From NCBI GenBank assembly GCA_965217895.1, contig CBDCJV010000002.1, positions 4,160,001-4,224,000 on the forward strand: DNA of 64,000 nucleotides. Direction: 5' to 3'. This DNA comes from Waterburya sp. (lineage in GTDB: Bacteria > Cyanobacteriota > Cyanobacteriia > Cyanobacteriales > Xenococcaceae). The first letter of the stretch is position 1; each line of letters starts with the position of its first letter. A program made the position numbers and the translations under genes. The notes below the pieces were generated by a model. That model made no database searches, was not told the origin of the DNA, and worked only from the letters and a program-made list of their open reading frames with translations. Below are positions 61,822 to 64,000 of this stretch, one piece after another.

Positions 61822-63645
61822 TTATCCCTTATCCTCCAAAAGCCCAGGTCTAGGCATGGATACAGGTTGACGTTTATTTAGCTGACGTAGCCAGAAGCCA
61901 CCGATAACCGCCACAGTGAGAGATATCCAGCCTGTCAAAGATTGCAACAACAAAAATCCGCCGATCGCAAACATTGAGCCGAATAAAAGCAAGGTGGCAG
62001 CAATCACTCTAATTAAATCTTGGGTTAAATTTTGGGCAGGAGGAATACCTGTTCTCTCTCGCTGCCTTTTCCAACCAATACCTCCTGGCTGTACTCGGCG
62101 ATAGAATTTATCTAAAGTAGCATCGGATTCTGGAGGAGTAAGATACATCACGGTAATCCAGAGTATAGCAGTTACAACCGAGATAAACAGGAGGTTAGAA
62201 CCAAAATCAGCTAATATTTGTTCAAATATGGGAAAAAAATCGATAATTTGTTGAGGATAAATACTGGTAATCAGCCCAACAATAAACCCGCCTACCATAG
62301 CAGTCAATTCCGCAGCAGCATTAATGCGCCACCAAAACCAACGCAAGATCAACACCAACCCAGGGCCTGTACCGATCGCAATTACTAAACGAAAAACAGT
62401 GGTAATATCAGTAGAATTAAAAGCAGCGATCGCGCCAAAAACTGTCACTAAAATAGAGGCAATTCTACCGACCATCACTAATTCTGCTTGGCTAGCGTTA
62501 GGTTTGAGAAAACGTCGGTAAAGGTCGTTAGTTAAATAAGATGCACCCCAGTTAATAGAAGTAGAAACCGTACTCATAAAGGCTGCAATTAATGAAGTTA
62601 CCACCAAGCCCAGCATTACAGGAGGCAAAAAATCCAGCATCAATTTAGGATATGCCAGTTCTTTATCTTCTAAATCTGGATAGATAACCATTGCTACCAA
62701 AGCAACTATAATCCAAGGCCAAGTACGTATTCCATAGTGAAGAATATTAAACAGCCAAGAAGCTTTTTCGGCTTCGGCTTCAGTTTTTGCTGCTGCCAAA
62801 CGCTGGACAAATTCTCCGCCACCATCGCTGCGACGAAAAGACCACCACTGAAGAAATAAATAGGCAGAAAAAGTAGTAGCGGTAATTCCCGCAGCATCAT
62901 TCCACCCCATACTGCCATTGCTGAATTGAAAAGGGAAAAAAGCCAAAACATCTATCTTACTGGCTTGTTGAACTTGGGGAATAAGCTCATGAATACCTCC
63001 CACATGATTGACTGCTACAATTGCCACGGCGATCGCACCTAGTAAAGCCAGGAAAAATTGAAAGAAATCCGTAGTTACAACGCCCCACAGCCCAGAAAAT
63101 CCAGAATATACCAGAACTATAACGCTAACGCCGACTACGCTCCAAATTTTGATATTTTCTCCTGGATTGACTCCCAAACTCTGCCAAAGTTCTAAGGCAT
63201 CTACTACCTTAACCATCGCTAGCATGGCGTAACCAATACCAATACAGTTAATCGGCACAGCAAAGAGAAAAGCTTTCGTCCCCCGCAAAACAGCAGCCAT
63301 ATTTCCGCCATAGCGCACCTCTGTTAATTCGGCATCGGTCAGAATTTCCGAACGTCGCCACAGACGGGAAAAGATATAAATCATGATCACATGAGAAATA
63401 CCAAAACTCCACCATTCCCAATTTCCTGCAATACCGCGATCGCCTACCACACCACAAATATATAAAGGTGTATCAATAGAAAAAGTGGTTGCTGCCATAC
63501 TTGTTCCCGCTAACCACCACGGAAGCGATCGCCCTGAAACAAAAAAGTCTTCCATGCTTTGGGATGCCTTGCGAGAGAGAAAAACTCCTAAACCAATGGT
63601 GAGCAGAAAATATACAAGGACAATTAGCCAGTCAATCAATGTCAT
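61822..63645 (-). CDS. sodium:solute symporter family protein
   Basis: DFFVSGRSLPWWLAGTSM.ATTF, GLWGVV.TD.FQF, QR..AAK, AAFMST. Confidence 0.95.
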   Translation of the reverse strand: MTLIDWLIVLVYFLLTIGLGVFLSRKASQSMEDFFVSGRSLPWWLAGTSMAATTFSIDTPLYICGVVGDRGIAGNWEWWSFGISHVIMIYIFSRLWRRSEILTDAELTEVRYGGNMAAVLRGTKAFLFAVPINCIGIGYAMLAMVKVVDALELWQSLGVNPGENIKIWSVVGVSVIVLVYSGFSGLWGVVTTDFFQFFLALLGAIAVAIVAVNHVGGIHELIPQVQQASKIDVLAFFPFQFSNGSMGWNDAAGITATTFSAYLFLQWWSFRRSDGGGEFVQRLAAAKTEAEAEKASWLFNILHYGIRTWPWIIVALVAMVIYPDLEDKELAYPKLMLDFLPPVMLGLVVTSLIAAFMSTVSTSINWGASYLTNDLYRRFLKPNASQAELVMVGRIASILVTVFGAIAAFNSTDITTVFRLVIAIGTGPGLVLILRWFWWRINAAAELTAMVGGFIVGLITSIYPQQIIDFFPIFEQILADFGSNLLFISVVTAILWITVMYLTPPESDATLDKFYRRVQPGGIGWKRQRERTGIPPAQNLTQDLIRVIAATLLLFGSMFAIGGFLLLQSLTGWISLTVAVIGGFWLRQLNKRQPVSMPRPGLLEDKG

Positions 63646-63712
63646 GGATTCAGTGCCTGTTTAAAATGCCTCATTATAGTAGCTATTATTTTTAGGAAGT
63701 AAAAAGTAGGAA

Positions 63713-63740
63713 GTAGGGGCAATTCGCGAATCGCCCCTAC
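63713..63740. repeat. GTAG-type REP palindrome
   Basis: GTAGGGGCAATTCGCGAATCGCCCCTAC, near-perfect palindrome. Confidence 0.8.
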
Positions 63741-64000
63741 AGAAGTAGTAATTTAAGCAAACGTCCTAACGTTCATAGGTAATGCGATATAAATGTGTGT
63801 ACTCTTGTGAGATAAATTTTTTTGCTTGTCAACGATCGCGATCGCACTTGTTCTGGGTACTCTAGGTAACACTTAAGGCAGGTATTTTATACCTTACGTT
63901 TAATGTGAATTGAAAAACTTTAACAACGTGGTTGGATACGCTGAAATAAATTTAGCATCTCCACGTTCAAAATGCTTTTATTGGTCGTTTTGCTTGGTTT

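Larger units (their letters stand above)
1..64000. repeat. HIP1 octamer GCGATCGC dispersed through the window
   Basis: Seen repeatedly, e.g. at 82, 248, 993, 13005, 14732, 28016, 57201, 57226; cyanobacterial signature. Confidence 0.95.

Noticed and set aside
1..64000. tRNA, rRNA, CRISPR arrays, prophage or intact integrase
   Set aside because: None recognised by eye; a tRNAscan-SE/Infernal run would be needed to exclude small RNAs.

Overview
AT-rich cyanobacterial chromosome segment, identified by frequent HIP1 GCGATCGC octamers and psbA, petBD, ctpA, ebsA and ntcB-cnaT. In order it holds: an exopolysaccharide/surface-glycan locus (3.1-12.7 kb); a cassette-like accessory region at the uvrB 3' end; LysR/cupin; ctpA-petBD; the rimP-nusA-ylxR-infB operon; a 3-kb graveyard of IS and plasmid relics around an intact DUF411 metal-binding gene; CAP/RTX and psbA genes; ebsA, atx1, cnaT-ntcB, csaB and a dynamin-like gene; a rearranged, decaying CheB/CheR-type chemosensory cluster (43.5-52.1 kb); cimA; a signal-peptide CHAT protease with a beta-barrel neighbour; COP23; and a Na+/solute symporter. 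The most unusual signal is three copies of the uvrB 3' end, each of the two extra copies closing a small two-gene cassette (a toxin-antitoxin pair, and an antitoxin-like gene plus GNAT). This looks like an integrase-free gene-capture array. Also notable are a composite-transposon-like unit built from two inward-facing IS630 left ends, an unannotated frameshifted mobC with an oriT-like site, and a chemosensory operon split by an inversion with an IS-end scar at one breakpoint. All family assignments come from motif recognition, not database searches.
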